Origin: a virus
Taxonomy: Duplodnaviria > Caudoviricetes
Virus record (IMG/VR): IMGVR_UViG_3300037424_000448
Coordinates: 1 to 47,642 of that record
Strand: one strand, 5' to 3'
DNA: 47,642 bases
The notes below the pieces were generated by a model, which was given only the letters and a program-made list of their open reading frames with translations, ran no database searches and had not been told where the DNA came from. A program made the translations under genes and the position numbers. This document shows, piece after piece, positions 17,422-25,745 of this stretch; the stretch's first letter is position 1; each line of letters begins with the position of its first letter.

Positions 17422-17679
17422 TTATTTCTCCCTCGCTTTAAGCATGGCATCGGAATGATCATATGCTACCCTTGCTAAATCTTCCGAAGTTGCTTGTATA
17501 TTAGCCAATAAAGGACTAGATAACAAACCCTGCATTGCCTTTGCCGCAAAATAATCACGAAGAGACATCCCTTTTTGTCCGACTTCAGTATAATTGAAAT
17601 CATTATCCACTGTCTGTTCGCCTGATTGTTTTAATGATTGAATCGGAAACGCCGATCCGCCGTTGTTTTTATTGTCCAT
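17422..17679 (-). CDS. Conserved phage protein (GMSLRDYFAAKAMQG family)
   Basis: GGSAFP...GMSLRDYFAAKAMQGLL...AYDHSDAMLKAR. Confidence 0.75.
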   Translation of the reverse strand: MDNKNNGGSAFPIQSLKQSGEQTVDNDFNYTEVGQKGMSLRDYFAAKAMQGLLSSPLLANIQATSEDLARVAYDHSDAMLKAREK

Positions 17680-17857
17680 GTTCTCTCCTCTTCTCACATT
17701 TATCCGACTCAACTCTATCCGGATATTCATAGCAATAATATATTGTTTCTAAATCTAAAAATCCCCTTAATCTTGGCTCAAGATCGAAGCCTTCTGTTTG
17801 ATCTTCTATTCGTTCCTGCAATTCATCGCAATTTTTACATTCATCGGGATAGGTCAT
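17669..17857 (-). CDS. Acidic Cys-containing hypothetical protein
   Basis: 62-aa ORF with CxxC in the gene chain. Confidence 0.5.
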   Translation of the reverse strand: MTYPDECKNCDELQERIEDQTEGFDLEPRLRGFLDLETIYYCYEYPDRVESDKCEKRREHGQ

Positions 17858-18008
17858 AATTTTTCAGCTTTTCTTTTATCGCCTGCCTGATAAATTCCGC
17901 CCTGCTGATATTCAGCTTCACTATTATTTTATCGATCTGCTCTAATAGCAGGCCTGCAATCCAAAGCTCGAATCGCTTGTCTTGATGTTTTGTTTTCTTC
18001 TTCTTCAT
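17841..18008 (-). CDS. Ribbon-helix-helix (CopG-like) regulator, 55 aa (not in ORF track)
   Basis: KRFELWI...LLEQIDKI...NISRAEFIRQAIKEKL. Confidence 0.7.
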   Translation of the reverse strand: MKKKKTKHQDKRFELWIAGLLLEQIDKIIVKLNISRAEFIRQAIKEKLKNYDLSR

Positions 18009-18009
18009 G

Positions 18010-18147
18010 TTATACTATTTTAGATTGTAAGTATTTATATTCCCGTTCATACTTCAGCCTGAAGCCCTCGTCTAAATCTTCATCGTCAAGTAATTCGTTA
18101 AGCTCGGACATTCTGGTAAGGATTACTTTTAATTTGTATTCTGTCAT
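18010..18147 (-). CDS. Small hypothetical protein, 45 aa (not in ORF track)
   Basis: MTEYKLKVILTRMSELNELLDDEDLDEGF...; SD GGGGAG. Confidence 0.5.
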   Translation of the reverse strand: MTEYKLKVILTRMSELNELLDDEDLDEGFRLKYEREYKYLQSKIV

Positions 18148-18270
18148 TTACTTTCTCCCCTGTTCCCTTGTTTCTTGCGTGATGCTTTGGTTCCCTTTTT
18201 CGATCTCTTGGCTGGGGTCTCGTGGCCATGCCGGTAAACATTAACCTAAGTCAGTGCGCTTTCTACTCAT

Positions 18271-18312
18271 AATATATACATATCCGTATATATCGTCAAG
18301 CAAATTATTAAA
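18271..18312 (-). promoter_or_regulatory. Sigma70-type promoter for the recombination/replication block
   Basis: TTGACG-17 nt-TATATT; shares 18 bp with 25289-25306 and a spacer motif with 3404-3432. Confidence 0.55.
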
Positions 18313-18316
18313 AAAA

Positions 18317-18568
18317 TTACACTTTTTTATAAATAATATTCGGGCCGCAAATTACTGATTCGCAGTTAATATACTCGAAATAACAGCCGTTGCAATATTC
18401 ATTATTAGTTTTTACTTTCTTTAAGTGGATTTGGATGTAGACTGTCCCGCAACCATTTCTTGGAGGGCACTTTGTATGATTATAATAATAACAAAGTTTC
18501 CCTTCGCCTTTCTTGCCAGCGTTGCAACCTATGCCAGCAGGCAACTCTTTTAAAAATATTTGTCCCAT
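18317..18568 (-). CDS. Cys-rich hypothetical protein
   Basis: 83 aa, 8 Cys in two similar halves; SD GAGGAG. Confidence 0.55.
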   Translation of the reverse strand: MGQIFLKELPAGIGCNAGKKGEGKLCYYYNHTKCPPRNGCGTVYIQIHLKKVKTNNEYCNGCYFEYINCESVICGPNIIYKKV

Positions 18569-18569
18569 A

Positions 18570-19265
18570 TTATCTCTCCTCTAATTTCACCATTACTGGT
18601 TTTATTTTATATTCTCCTGCTTTTCTCTGCTCACACATTTCAGACCAAACGCGCTTTCTATAAGGACTACCCATGCCAGTATCGGATTTTCGAGTAAGCG
18701 CTTTATTATGCATTCGTCTTAAATATAGTGGTCTATTTATAACATGAATCTGCCCGCCGGTATTTTTCCATCTATCCATTAGGTCTGTATCTATTGCGCA
18801 TCGATAAGGTTTAAATCCTCCAATTGTTTGTAGAACATAATGAGAAAATGTCATTGCACCGCCATTTTCAATACAGGGTGGCCTATGATTTTTTAAGTAA
18901 TGATCACAGTTTATTTTTTTTGCCATTACAAAATCATATTTTTCTATTGCTTGGCAATTATCGCGGAGATATCGAGGCAACATATAATCATCTGCGTCAA
19001 AATATGCGTATGCGTCGGCAGGCTTTAAATAAATGAGTGAATTTCTTATTATTGCATGTCCGACATTTGTATCGGAATAGTAGAATGGTATTTTCATCGT
19101 TTTAAGTATTGCGGCCGTATTTGGACAATTATCAACTCCAATTCTCCATTCATATTGCCAGCCCGGGCAAAATAATTGTTTCCTTAATCCGTCAATCAGA
19201 TCGGGAATGAATTCGGCGCAGTCGTATGCCGCTATGCAGATAGCTGCTGTTTTCGTTTTTTCCAT
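18570..19265 (-). CDS. Glycosyltransferase family 2 (GT-A)
   Basis: ICIAAY, GVD, NVGHAIIRN, FDADD (DxD), GGF, DTDL motifs. Confidence 0.85.
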   Translation of the reverse strand: MEKTKTAAICIAAYDCAEFIPDLIDGLRKQLFCPGWQYEWRIGVDNCPNTAAILKTMKIPFYYSDTNVGHAIIRNSLIYLKPADAYAYFDADDYMLPRYLRDNCQAIEKYDFVMAKKINCDHYLKNHRPPCIENGGAMTFSHYVLQTIGGFKPYRCAIDTDLMDRWKNTGGQIHVINRPLYLRRMHNKALTRKSDTGMGSPYRKRVWSEMCEQRKAGEYKIKPVMVKLEER

Positions 19266-19957
19266 GCTAATACCATTTTTTGTCTTGTTTCTAAAGTGTG
19301 ATGTTTCCCGTACATCGGATGATTTTTGCCAGGATGTGACATTTTTATTCGTGCTTCCTCGGTATGTTTTTTTCCTTTACTTTTTTCACTTATTTTTTTG
19401 CGCGTTTCTATAGAATGTTTTTTACCAAACATAGGATTATTTATACCAGTATTTTGTCCTTTTCTAATACTTGACCAATGAGCTTTTGTTTCTTTTGAAT
19501 GATGTTTCCCATAAAAAGAACTATTAGCACCTACTTTACCCTTATGTGATTCGGATAGTTTTCTTATATATTCATCTGAATAAATTCCTTTTTTACCTTT
19601 ATTCCAAGGTATATTTCCCTTGTGTGCTAAAGACATATTTTTTCTTACTTTTTCTGATCTTTTTATTCCCTTTGTTCCCTCGCCACCATCAGTAAGATTA
19701 TATAATTTACATTTAGTTCGATAATATAAAATATAAAATTTTTCTAATATATTTAAATAATCCTCTTTATTTGTTTGATGAAGAATTTCCCATTCAAAAT
19801 TATCTTTGCCATATTTGCGAATTGCTTTGTGAAAATAAAAATTACTCCCATTTTTTGCATTTATTAAATGATCATTTTTTCTTTTAATAAATTGCTGTGT
19901 AGTTTGTCCAATATAAACCATTCCATTTATCTCATTAGTCGCCTTATATATTATCAT
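19232..19957 (-). mobile_element. Free-standing GIY-YIG homing endonuclease with NUMOD3 repeats
   Basis: IIYKATN...YIGQT, YNLTDGGEG, repeated GKHHS.ET..K.S. Confidence 0.9.
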
Positions 19958-19958
19958 A

Positions 19959-19997
19959 TTATTTCCACGCCGGTATTATTATTGTAAGTGTTTTCAA
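19959..19997 (-). pseudogene. Relic glycosyltransferase N-terminus (MKTLTIIIPAWK-stop)
   Basis: TTG start coupled to upstream TGA; peptide matches the GT2 first beta-strand and aligns with KTAAICIAAYD of the downstream GT. Confidence 0.55.
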
Positions 19998-20248
19998 TCA
20001 ATCCCCCAGAATCTCTTTATAGTTTTCTCATCCGGCCCGAATACTCTGAAGCATAACATATCCTTGAGGTCGCTCACTATCAATCCTATTCCAAAAGGGA
20101 TAAAGTAGACTTCAAATATTATTCCGATAATTATAAATAGGATCCCGTATATCCAGTGATGGAAAAAATCCCAGTGTCCGGCGAAATAATCACCTATGCG
20201 GCCTATAAGATAACCTATAAAAGAAATCAGTATTAAGTCGAGTATCAT
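19994..20248 (-). CDS. Small multi-pass membrane protein
   Basis: Three hydrophobic segments, HHW motif; start reassigned to 20248. Confidence 0.65.
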   Translation of the reverse strand: MILDLILISFIGYLIGRIGDYFAGHWDFFHHWIYGILFIIIGIIFEVYFIPFGIGLIVSDLKDMLCFRVFGPDEKTIKRFWGID

Positions 20249-21033
20249 TATTTCACCGCCTCTTCGTACCATTTCCCCATCTCGAAGTCAAGATCGGTCG
20301 GCTTCAAATACGGATAATGACCTGTGACAGAATCTGGAAGCATCGTTAGCTCAGAGAAAATAATTTTTCCCTTTATATAATATAAATCAACTCTTAGATA
20401 AGGCGGTGTGCCATCTGGGAATTTCGCTATCCTTTCCGCCATTTCATTTAATTTTAGGTTCAGTCCGTCCGGAAATTCATGTTTCTCGTTTGGAAAGTTA
20501 TTCCATGTTACTGGGATAAATTCGCCGGTTGCGTAATGGAAAGAATCTGATTTCACAACCCAGTTATTTTTTGACACATCAAATCTTTGTATAAAATACA
20601 TTTTTGCTTTTCCCCAAAAAACATACACTCTATACAAGATATGCTCATTAGGCAGCTTTTCTTCTATCAGGAGTCCCGGAATTATTTGTTGATAATAATA
20701 TTCCCAGCTCGTCCTAATGTCAGTAAGATACATTTTTAAATCACCCCTTAAGGCTGGCGTAATATCTTTCGAGCTATTTATAAATTTCATTCTGCGCCAT
20801 GCGTTATTTGCTTTTATCACACAAGGGACTTTAATATGTTTGATAGCCTCTTCGATGTCATATCCTGACCATATCCGCGTATCGAATATCCCTGATTCCT
20901 TGCCGATTATGTTTTCTATATATTGCTGCACTTTGACTTTATCTGCGATTATTACATTTCGCATGTCTCTTTTTTCTTCAGGACAATATAATGTCTCATG
21001 GATATAATTTGAAAAAGTGTGTTTCGGGTACAT
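20248..21033 (-). CDS. TupA-like ATP-grasp ligase
   Basis: ADKVKVQQYI, VIKANN, LIEEKL, YRVYVFWGK, YLRVDLY...IIFSELT..P. Confidence 0.8.
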   Translation of the reverse strand: MYPKHTFSNYIHETLYCPEEKRDMRNVIIADKVKVQQYIENIIGKESGIFDTRIWSGYDIEEAIKHIKVPCVIKANNAWRRMKFINSSKDITPALRGDLKMYLTDIRTSWEYYYQQIIPGLLIEEKLPNEHILYRVYVFWGKAKMYFIQRFDVSKNNWVVKSDSFHYATGEFIPVTWNNFPNEKHEFPDGLNLKLNEMAERIAKFPDGTPPYLRVDLYYIKGKIIFSELTMLPDSVTGHYPYLKPTDLDFEMGKWYEEAVK

Positions 21034-21035
21034 AG

Positions 21036-21620
21036 TTAGCTCCTTTCGTATATAAAGATATTATTACGGTACCAGAAAGGCACCGCTTTATTATTTTTTA
21101 TCATGCTTCTTAAAATGTCAATTTTTTTAAATCCTTGTTGATTAAATTTTTGTTCCCAGTATTCTAAAGAATTTTCGTTTACGTGACCGTCACCGCCCTG
21201 GTTAACTTGAGCAGCAGAGAATAATATTGTCTTTTTCGCATGGCCTGTTAATAGTCCGATAAATTTATCTGCATATTCTATCGGTAAATGTTCAGCCACT
21301 TCCAGGGAAACTACCATATCGAATTTAATAAAATTGGCCTTATCACTTAATTTAATGAAGTTTATTTTGCAAAAGTTGAAATTTGGTATTTGCGAATTTT
21401 TAAGATAATCCGTGCCGTCATAACCAATATAATTATATGGATCTATATTTGCTGCTTTTACAAATGCCATTAAAAATCTGCCAACGCCACAACCAAATTC
21501 AACTATTGATTCCGGATGATATCTATCAATCAGAAAAGGTATAATTGCCAGCCCTAATTCGTGTTGCTGTTTTATTTGACGTTGAATGATTTTAGATGAT
21601 GGATTATAGTTGATTGTCAT
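21036..21620 (-). CDS. Class I SAM-dependent methyltransferase (glycan-cluster type)
   Basis: VEFGCGVG, SLEVAEHL, FSAA...QGGDGHVNE. Confidence 0.85.
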   Translation of the reverse strand: MTINYNPSSKIIQRQIKQQHELGLAIIPFLIDRYHPESIVEFGCGVGRFLMAFVKAANIDPYNYIGYDGTDYLKNSQIPNFNFCKINFIKLSDKANFIKFDMVVSLEVAEHLPIEYADKFIGLLTGHAKKTILFSAAQVNQGGDGHVNENSLEYWEQKFNQQGFKKIDILRSMIKNNKAVPFWYRNNIFIYERS

Positions 21621-22285
21621 ATTATCTTAACTCCTTTCTTCTTATAGTGCCCTCTTGCATCCAAATGTTTCACGCAAGCCGGATATCCGAGTCCGCTATA
21701 TATTGCCCCGAATGTATCAGGAAAGCGGCTGATTACTTCTTCTATGCCATGCGACTTTGGACGGATCTGAATATATCCACGTCTGATAAATTTTAAATAT
21801 GTCTCTCTATGGATTATATGCGGATTATTTGACAGGAATGGAGTAATACAAAATTCAATGCCATCTGATTTACATTCTTTAAGCGTCCTGTCTGTGCTTT
21901 GATGTAATATATTTGCGCGTTTATTAAATCGAAGGTGATAGACTCCCATATCGTGCATTGCCGTGATTATTTCCGGAAGTGAATGTTTGACGTATTTGGT
22001 GAAAGTCCAATCGTGTTCTAACATCATACAATAATCTGATTGTGAATTAACTATCGCCTTTGTATAATTATGACTCAGGCTTTTTCCGTGGTGAAGGTCT
22101 TTGAAATGCCGGCTTAATTTCAAGACGTAATCGTCGAATTTCCCCGGGCATGGATTAGGATCAATCCAGATAACCGGCTCGATCTTGCCGAATTTAGAGC
22201 AGAATGATTCGTATGTCTGCAATAATTTATGATATGGTGACTGCTTGCAGCAATTGGTGAAAATATGAAGTGTTATTGAGGGCAT
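21617..22285 (-). CDS. Putative GT-A fold glycosyltransferase
   Basis: YCMMLEHDW (ExD-type motif), SNNPH, C-terminal KHLD; cluster context. Confidence 0.6.
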   Translation of the reverse strand: MPSITLHIFTNCCKQSPYHKLLQTYESFCSKFGKIEPVIWIDPNPCPGKFDDYVLKLSRHFKDLHHGKSLSHNYTKAIVNSQSDYCMMLEHDWTFTKYVKHSLPEIITAMHDMGVYHLRFNKRANILHQSTDRTLKECKSDGIEFCITPFLSNNPHIIHRETYLKFIRRGYIQIRPKSHGIEEVISRFPDTFGAIYSGLGYPACVKHLDARGHYKKKGVKII

Positions 22286-22286
22286 A

Positions 22287-22682
22287 TTATTTTACCCTCG
22301 GAGGTTTACTATTTTTTGGCATTAAATGAGATGGTTGATGTCCAGAATATGGAATACCTAATATTACTGCCTGTCTAAATTTCTCCATTCCATCGGAAAT
22401 ATGAGTTGATTCTTTTTTAAATAATTTAATTCTTTTTTTAAGTACTTCCTTTTCTTCTGAATTTAATCCAAAGAACGGATTTATATGTGCTGGTTTTGGG
22501 CCTATATAATTGTGATTATTAGAAGGTTGATTAAATATAATTTTTGGTATTCTACTTTTTGCAAATAAATCATCCATCATTTTAACATAACTATCACGAT
22601 GAGCAATTATAAAACTTTTAAATCTGATAACCTTATGCTCATCCAACCTTGTCTTTAAATGTACGCCTTTTTTAAATATCAT
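22287..22682 (-). CDS. Hypothetical protein
   Basis: 131-aa ORF with SD GGAG inside the cluster. Confidence 0.5.
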   Translation of the reverse strand: MIFKKGVHLKTRLDEHKVIRFKSFIIAHRDSYVKMMDDLFAKSRIPKIIFNQPSNNHNYIGPKPAHINPFFGLNSEEKEVLKKRIKLFKKESTHISDGMEKFRQAVILGIPYSGHQPSHLMPKNSKPPRVK

Positions 22683-22824
22683 ATTACTCTCCAGCCGTTA
22701 GATTTAAAATGATCAACTAAATGTACGAACTTTTTAAAAGGATATATCCTAACTCCATTTACACTATAAAGAGCGTGTTTGTATGGCCATACTTCATTAG
22801 CTAAATAGTCAAGTGTTATTAGTT

Positions 22825-23370
22825 TCATATCTTCCTCATAAACCAGGTAAAATCAGAATCGGCCTCAACCTGAGTGCCGAATATTTCGTCTACTGCCCGC
22901 TTCACGCCTGAATAAAGCGAATTGTTATAATCATGCCCACAGATATAACCGCCACGCTTAATCTTCGGCAACCACGCCATAATATCATCTTTAACGGATC
23001 CATAATCATGGCAAGCGTCAATAAACACAAAATCAAAGAATTCATCATTGGCTAAGTCGGCAGCCATTAAGCTCGGCATTTTAACTATATGTGCGCGTGA
23101 ATAATATAAACTTCTTATCCTACAGGCCTCGTCGAAATTATCTCTGCAATTCTCCGTAAATCGTTTCCGTCCCTCTGCGCTGGCTGAGTCGTCACCCTTC
23201 CCGATATATGAATCCGGAGACCACGCATCGACCATATGAAGCGTTAGTCTGGGTATATTACTTAATAACTGATTCGATAATACTCCGCTATCAACTCCTA
23301 TTTCAGCGCCTATGGGATAGTTAATATCTTTGATTCTGCGTTGTATGTTTTGCCAGGAATATAGAGCCAT
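22825..23370 (-). CDS. Class I SAM-dependent methyltransferase (Methyltransf_24-like)
   Basis: GAEIGV, VDAW, FIDACHDY, GGYICGHDY. Confidence 0.85.
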   Translation of the reverse strand: MALYSWQNIQRRIKDINYPIGAEIGVDSGVLSNQLLSNIPRLTLHMVDAWSPDSYIGKGDDSASAEGRKRFTENCRDNFDEACRIRSLYYSRAHIVKMPSLMAADLANDEFFDFVFIDACHDYGSVKDDIMAWLPKIKRGGYICGHDYNNSLYSGVKRAVDEIFGTQVEADSDFTWFMRKI

Positions 23371-23371
23371 A

Positions 23372-23500
23372 TTAGTCTATCGCTCCTACAATCATATTTC
23401 TAATCTTTTTCGTCCGTGTGTACCAGTGATATTTTATGCCGAAGATATCAGCTATAGCTTTTAATTCACGACGGGATAATACGAATAATCTGTGTTGCAT
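23372..23500 (-). CDS. Small helical protein, Rho-N/HeH-like, 42 aa (not in ORF track)
   Basis: LSRRELKAIADIFGIKY...KKIRNMI; SD GAGGTG. Confidence 0.45.
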   Translation of the reverse strand: MQHRLFVLSRRELKAIADIFGIKYHWYTRTKKIRNMIVGAID

Positions 23501-23501
23501 G

Positions 23502-23630
23502 TTAATTCACCTCTTCATATTTAATTTCAGGATATATTTTTCTCAAGAGATCAATACATAAATCCCTATCACCTGCATATTTAAATTTGGCAACTATTTT
23601 ATCGTTGAGTTTGATTTTGTATTTCAGCAT
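23502..23630 (-). CDS. Small hypothetical protein, 42 aa (not in ORF track)
   Basis: MLKYKIKLNDKIVAKFKYAGDRDLCID...; purine-rich leader. Confidence 0.5.
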   Translation of the reverse strand: MLKYKIKLNDKIVAKFKYAGDRDLCIDLLRKIYPEIKYEEVN

Positions 23631-23667
23631 CCCCTTTCCTCTTCCCTTATCTCATTATCGGCTTTTA

Positions 23668-24720
23668 CTATCTTATTTTCCAGGGTATTTGATTGTCCGG
23701 TAATTCTGCGATTACTTTGCATTTTCTAACTCTGAATTTTCCATTTGTATTTTTTGGTATGCAAATATTATTAGGATTAACATCATATTGACAAATTAAA
23801 ACTCGATAATCTGATTTTTTATTTTGTAATATCCATTGCCAATTTGCAAGATTTATTCCTGCTCCGCAATCTTGTTCTATATCAGAATTAAAATCATCAA
23901 CTAATAATTCATCTCCAATGTTATATTTAATTTTATTCGTTTTCTGAATTGGAGAATTATAATCTTTATCAACTAATTTAAAAGCAGAACCCAAATAGGC
24001 AAATGCAAATATAGTATTTTGCTTTATTACCTGCGATCTGCCTATTTCCTGCCATTCGCCTATTTCCTGCGATCCGCCTATTTTCTGCCATTCGCCTATT
24101 TTCTGCGATTCGCCTATTTTCTGCCATTCGCCTATTTCCTGCGATCTGCCTATTTTCTGCGATCCGCCTATTTTCTGCGATTCGCCTATTTTCTGCCATT
24201 CGCCTATTTCCTGCGATCTGCCTATTTCCTGCGATTCGCCTATTTTCTGCCATTCGCCTATTTCCTGCCATTCGCCTATTTCCTGCCATTCGCCTATTTT
24301 CTGCCATTCGCCTATTTCCTGCGATCCGCCTATTTCCTGCGATCTGCCTATTTTCTGCCATTCGCCTATTTCCTGCGATCTGCCTATTTTCTGCGATCCG
24401 CCTATTTCCTGCGATCTGCCTATTTCCTGCGATTCGCCTATTTTCTGCCATTCGCCTATTTTCTGCGATCCGCCTATTTTCTGCGATTCGCCTATTTTCT
24501 GCCATTCGCCTATTTCCTGCGATCTGCCTATTTTCTGCGATTCGGTTACTATTATTGATGAGTCTTTAGAAAAATGATTTCCGGTTACTTTCATGTTTCC
24601 AATAACTTTTAAATTAAAATCAATTTCTAAATCCCCTTTACAAATTAAATCACCTTCATAAACGTAAAAATCTACGCCGTACACATTTTCAATTTTTAAA
24701 CCGTCTTTAAGTAATTTCAT
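23668..24720 (-). CDS. Hexapeptide-repeat (beta-solenoid) protein with conserved C-terminal domain
   Basis: 28 x (S/W)Q(K/E)IG(E/G/R); C-terminal CGAGI...GKFRVRKCKVI resembles domains that follow repeat tracts in phage proteins; SD GAGGA. Confidence 0.75.
   Translation of the reverse strand: MKLLKDGLKIENVYGVDFYVYEGDLICKGDLEIDFNLKVIGNMKVTGNHFSKDSSIIVTESQKIGRSQEIGEWQKIGESQKIGGSQKIGEWQKIGESQEIGRSQEIGGSQKIGRSQEIGEWQKIGRSQEIGGSQEIGEWQKIGEWQEIGEWQEIGEWQKIGESQEIGRSQEIGEWQKIGESQKIGGSQKIGRSQEIGEWQKIGESQKIGEWQKIGGSQEIGEWQEIGRSQVIKQNTIFAFAYLGSAFKLVDKDYNSPIQKTNKIKYNIGDELLVDDFNSDIEQDCGAGINLANWQWILQNKKSDYRVLICQYDVNPNNICIPKNTNGKFRVRKCKVIAELPDNQIPWKIR
24030..24543 (-). repeat. Tandem 18-bp coding repeat, 28 full copies
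   Basis: Unit T(C/G)G CAG (A/G)AA ATA GGC (GAA/GGA/AGA), no spacers. Confidence 0.95.
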
Positions 24721-24778
24721 TTATTTTTATCCTCTTCCTCTTTTTGTATCATTCCCAAAATAAGACCTTCGATTATTC

Positions 24779-25054
24779 TTATTGATTATTTACTTCTTTT
24801 TTTCTTTGCTTATCTTCTTTTATCTTTTTTAATTTACTCAATTCAGTTCTTAAATAATTATTAAAAAAGTCCTCAAATCCTTTTACATTTTCTTTTGCAA
24901 ATTTTACTGAAAATCTTGCAGCCCTGGCTATGCTTCCGCCAAAACGCTCCAATGCTTGCTCTTCCAAAAAAGAATAATCTTCTTGAGATATTCTCAATGT
25001 TCCTATTCTTGGACAATCATCTTCTGACAAATTTTCTTTAAAAAGTCTTTTCAT
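24779..25054 (-). CDS. Putative ribbon-helix-helix regulator
   Basis: IGTLRISQEDYSFLEEQA...GSIARAARFSV; SD CAGGAG. Confidence 0.55.
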   Translation of the reverse strand: MKRLFKENLSEDDCPRIGTLRISQEDYSFLEEQALERFGGSIARAARFSVKFAKENVKGFEDFFNNYLRTELSKLKKIKEDKQRKKEVNNQ

Positions 25055-25074
25055 ATTTTTAATCTCCTGTTAAT

Positions 25075-25236
25075 TTATAATATTGCAATTTCAGCTTTTT
25101 TATCTTTATAAGCCTGTAACATTTCCTGGAATAAATCTGCCGCGGTCTCACCCTTGCTTTTATATTCTTTATAAAGAAAATCTTTATACTCTTTTGCATC
25201 GTCTGAATAAATACTAATACAAATATCGGTTTTCAT
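25075..25236 (-). CDS. Small hypothetical protein, 53 aa, first gene of the early arm, possibly RHH-like (not in ORF track)
   Basis: MKTDICISIYSDDAKEYKDFLYKEYKSKGETAADLFQEML...; SD AAGGAG. Confidence 0.55.
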   Translation of the reverse strand: MKTDICISIYSDDAKEYKDFLYKEYKSKGETAADLFQEMLQAYKDKKAEIAIL

Positions 25237-25264
25237 TTAAATCTCCTTAATAGTTTATATCAAT

Positions 25265-25306
25265 AAAATATTTATTTATTTAAATATTGTCAAGCAAATT
25301 ATTAAA
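25265..25306 (-). promoter_or_regulatory. Early leftward sigma70-type promoter
   Basis: TTGACA-17 nt-TATTTT upstream of the first early gene. Confidence 0.55.
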
Positions 25307-25666
25307 TAATACAAAAAAAAGTTAAATAATACGAAAAAAACGTGAGATTTGAAAAAATCTAACGTACGTATAGTTAGGTCATAATTTGACGCAAACCCTG
25401 TATTATATCATGTTTCAGGAAAGTCATTTTTAAATAATACGATATTACGGTTTTTCATCCACCAACAGACACATAGAGAAAGAGAGAGACATAAAAATAA
25501 AAATAACACTAAGGCACTATTATTCCGTATATGGTATTGTTAGCGTTAGACCGTATTATTCGTTAGATAATAAAAAAAATAAAAAAAAATATATATATCT
25601 CTTCATTATTATTTATACATGATACAAGCTGTTTTTATGCCTAAAAATCTTACGAAAAATAATACG
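25303..25666. other. AT-rich intergenic control region with AATAATAC(G) repeats; candidate replication origin
   Basis: Copies at 25303, 25323, 25431, 25657, inverted at 25552; coding strand switches here. Confidence 0.4.
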
Positions 25667-25745
25667 TTTTGCCAATATCATAAAAATAAAACCGTAAGAT
25701 TAAAAAATGCTTGCTTTTATCAATTATATGGGTGAATATCTGTTT

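Noticed and set aside
19232-19997. Group I intron around the GIY-YIG gene
   Set aside because: The endonuclease ORF fills the whole interval, leaving no room for the ribozyme core; the same holds for 29569-30318
22791-22822. Internal promoter (TTGACT on minus strand) in the glycan cluster
   Set aside because: No acceptable -10 hexamer at 16-18 nt spacing
18570-23370. T4-like glucosyl-hmC DNA hypermodification pathway
   Set aside because: No dCMP hydroxymethylase, TET/JBP dioxygenase or phage DNA polymerase recognised; DNA as substrate is not excluded but is unsupported
24030-24543. CRISPR array
   Set aside because: Units are head-to-tail 18-mers with no unique spacers, keep the reading frame inside a gene, and no cas genes are present
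23978-24558. Alternative-frame ORFs 23978-24505 (-) and 24019-24558 (+)
   Set aside because: Open only because the 18-bp unit lacks stops in those frames; almost no unique flanking sequence
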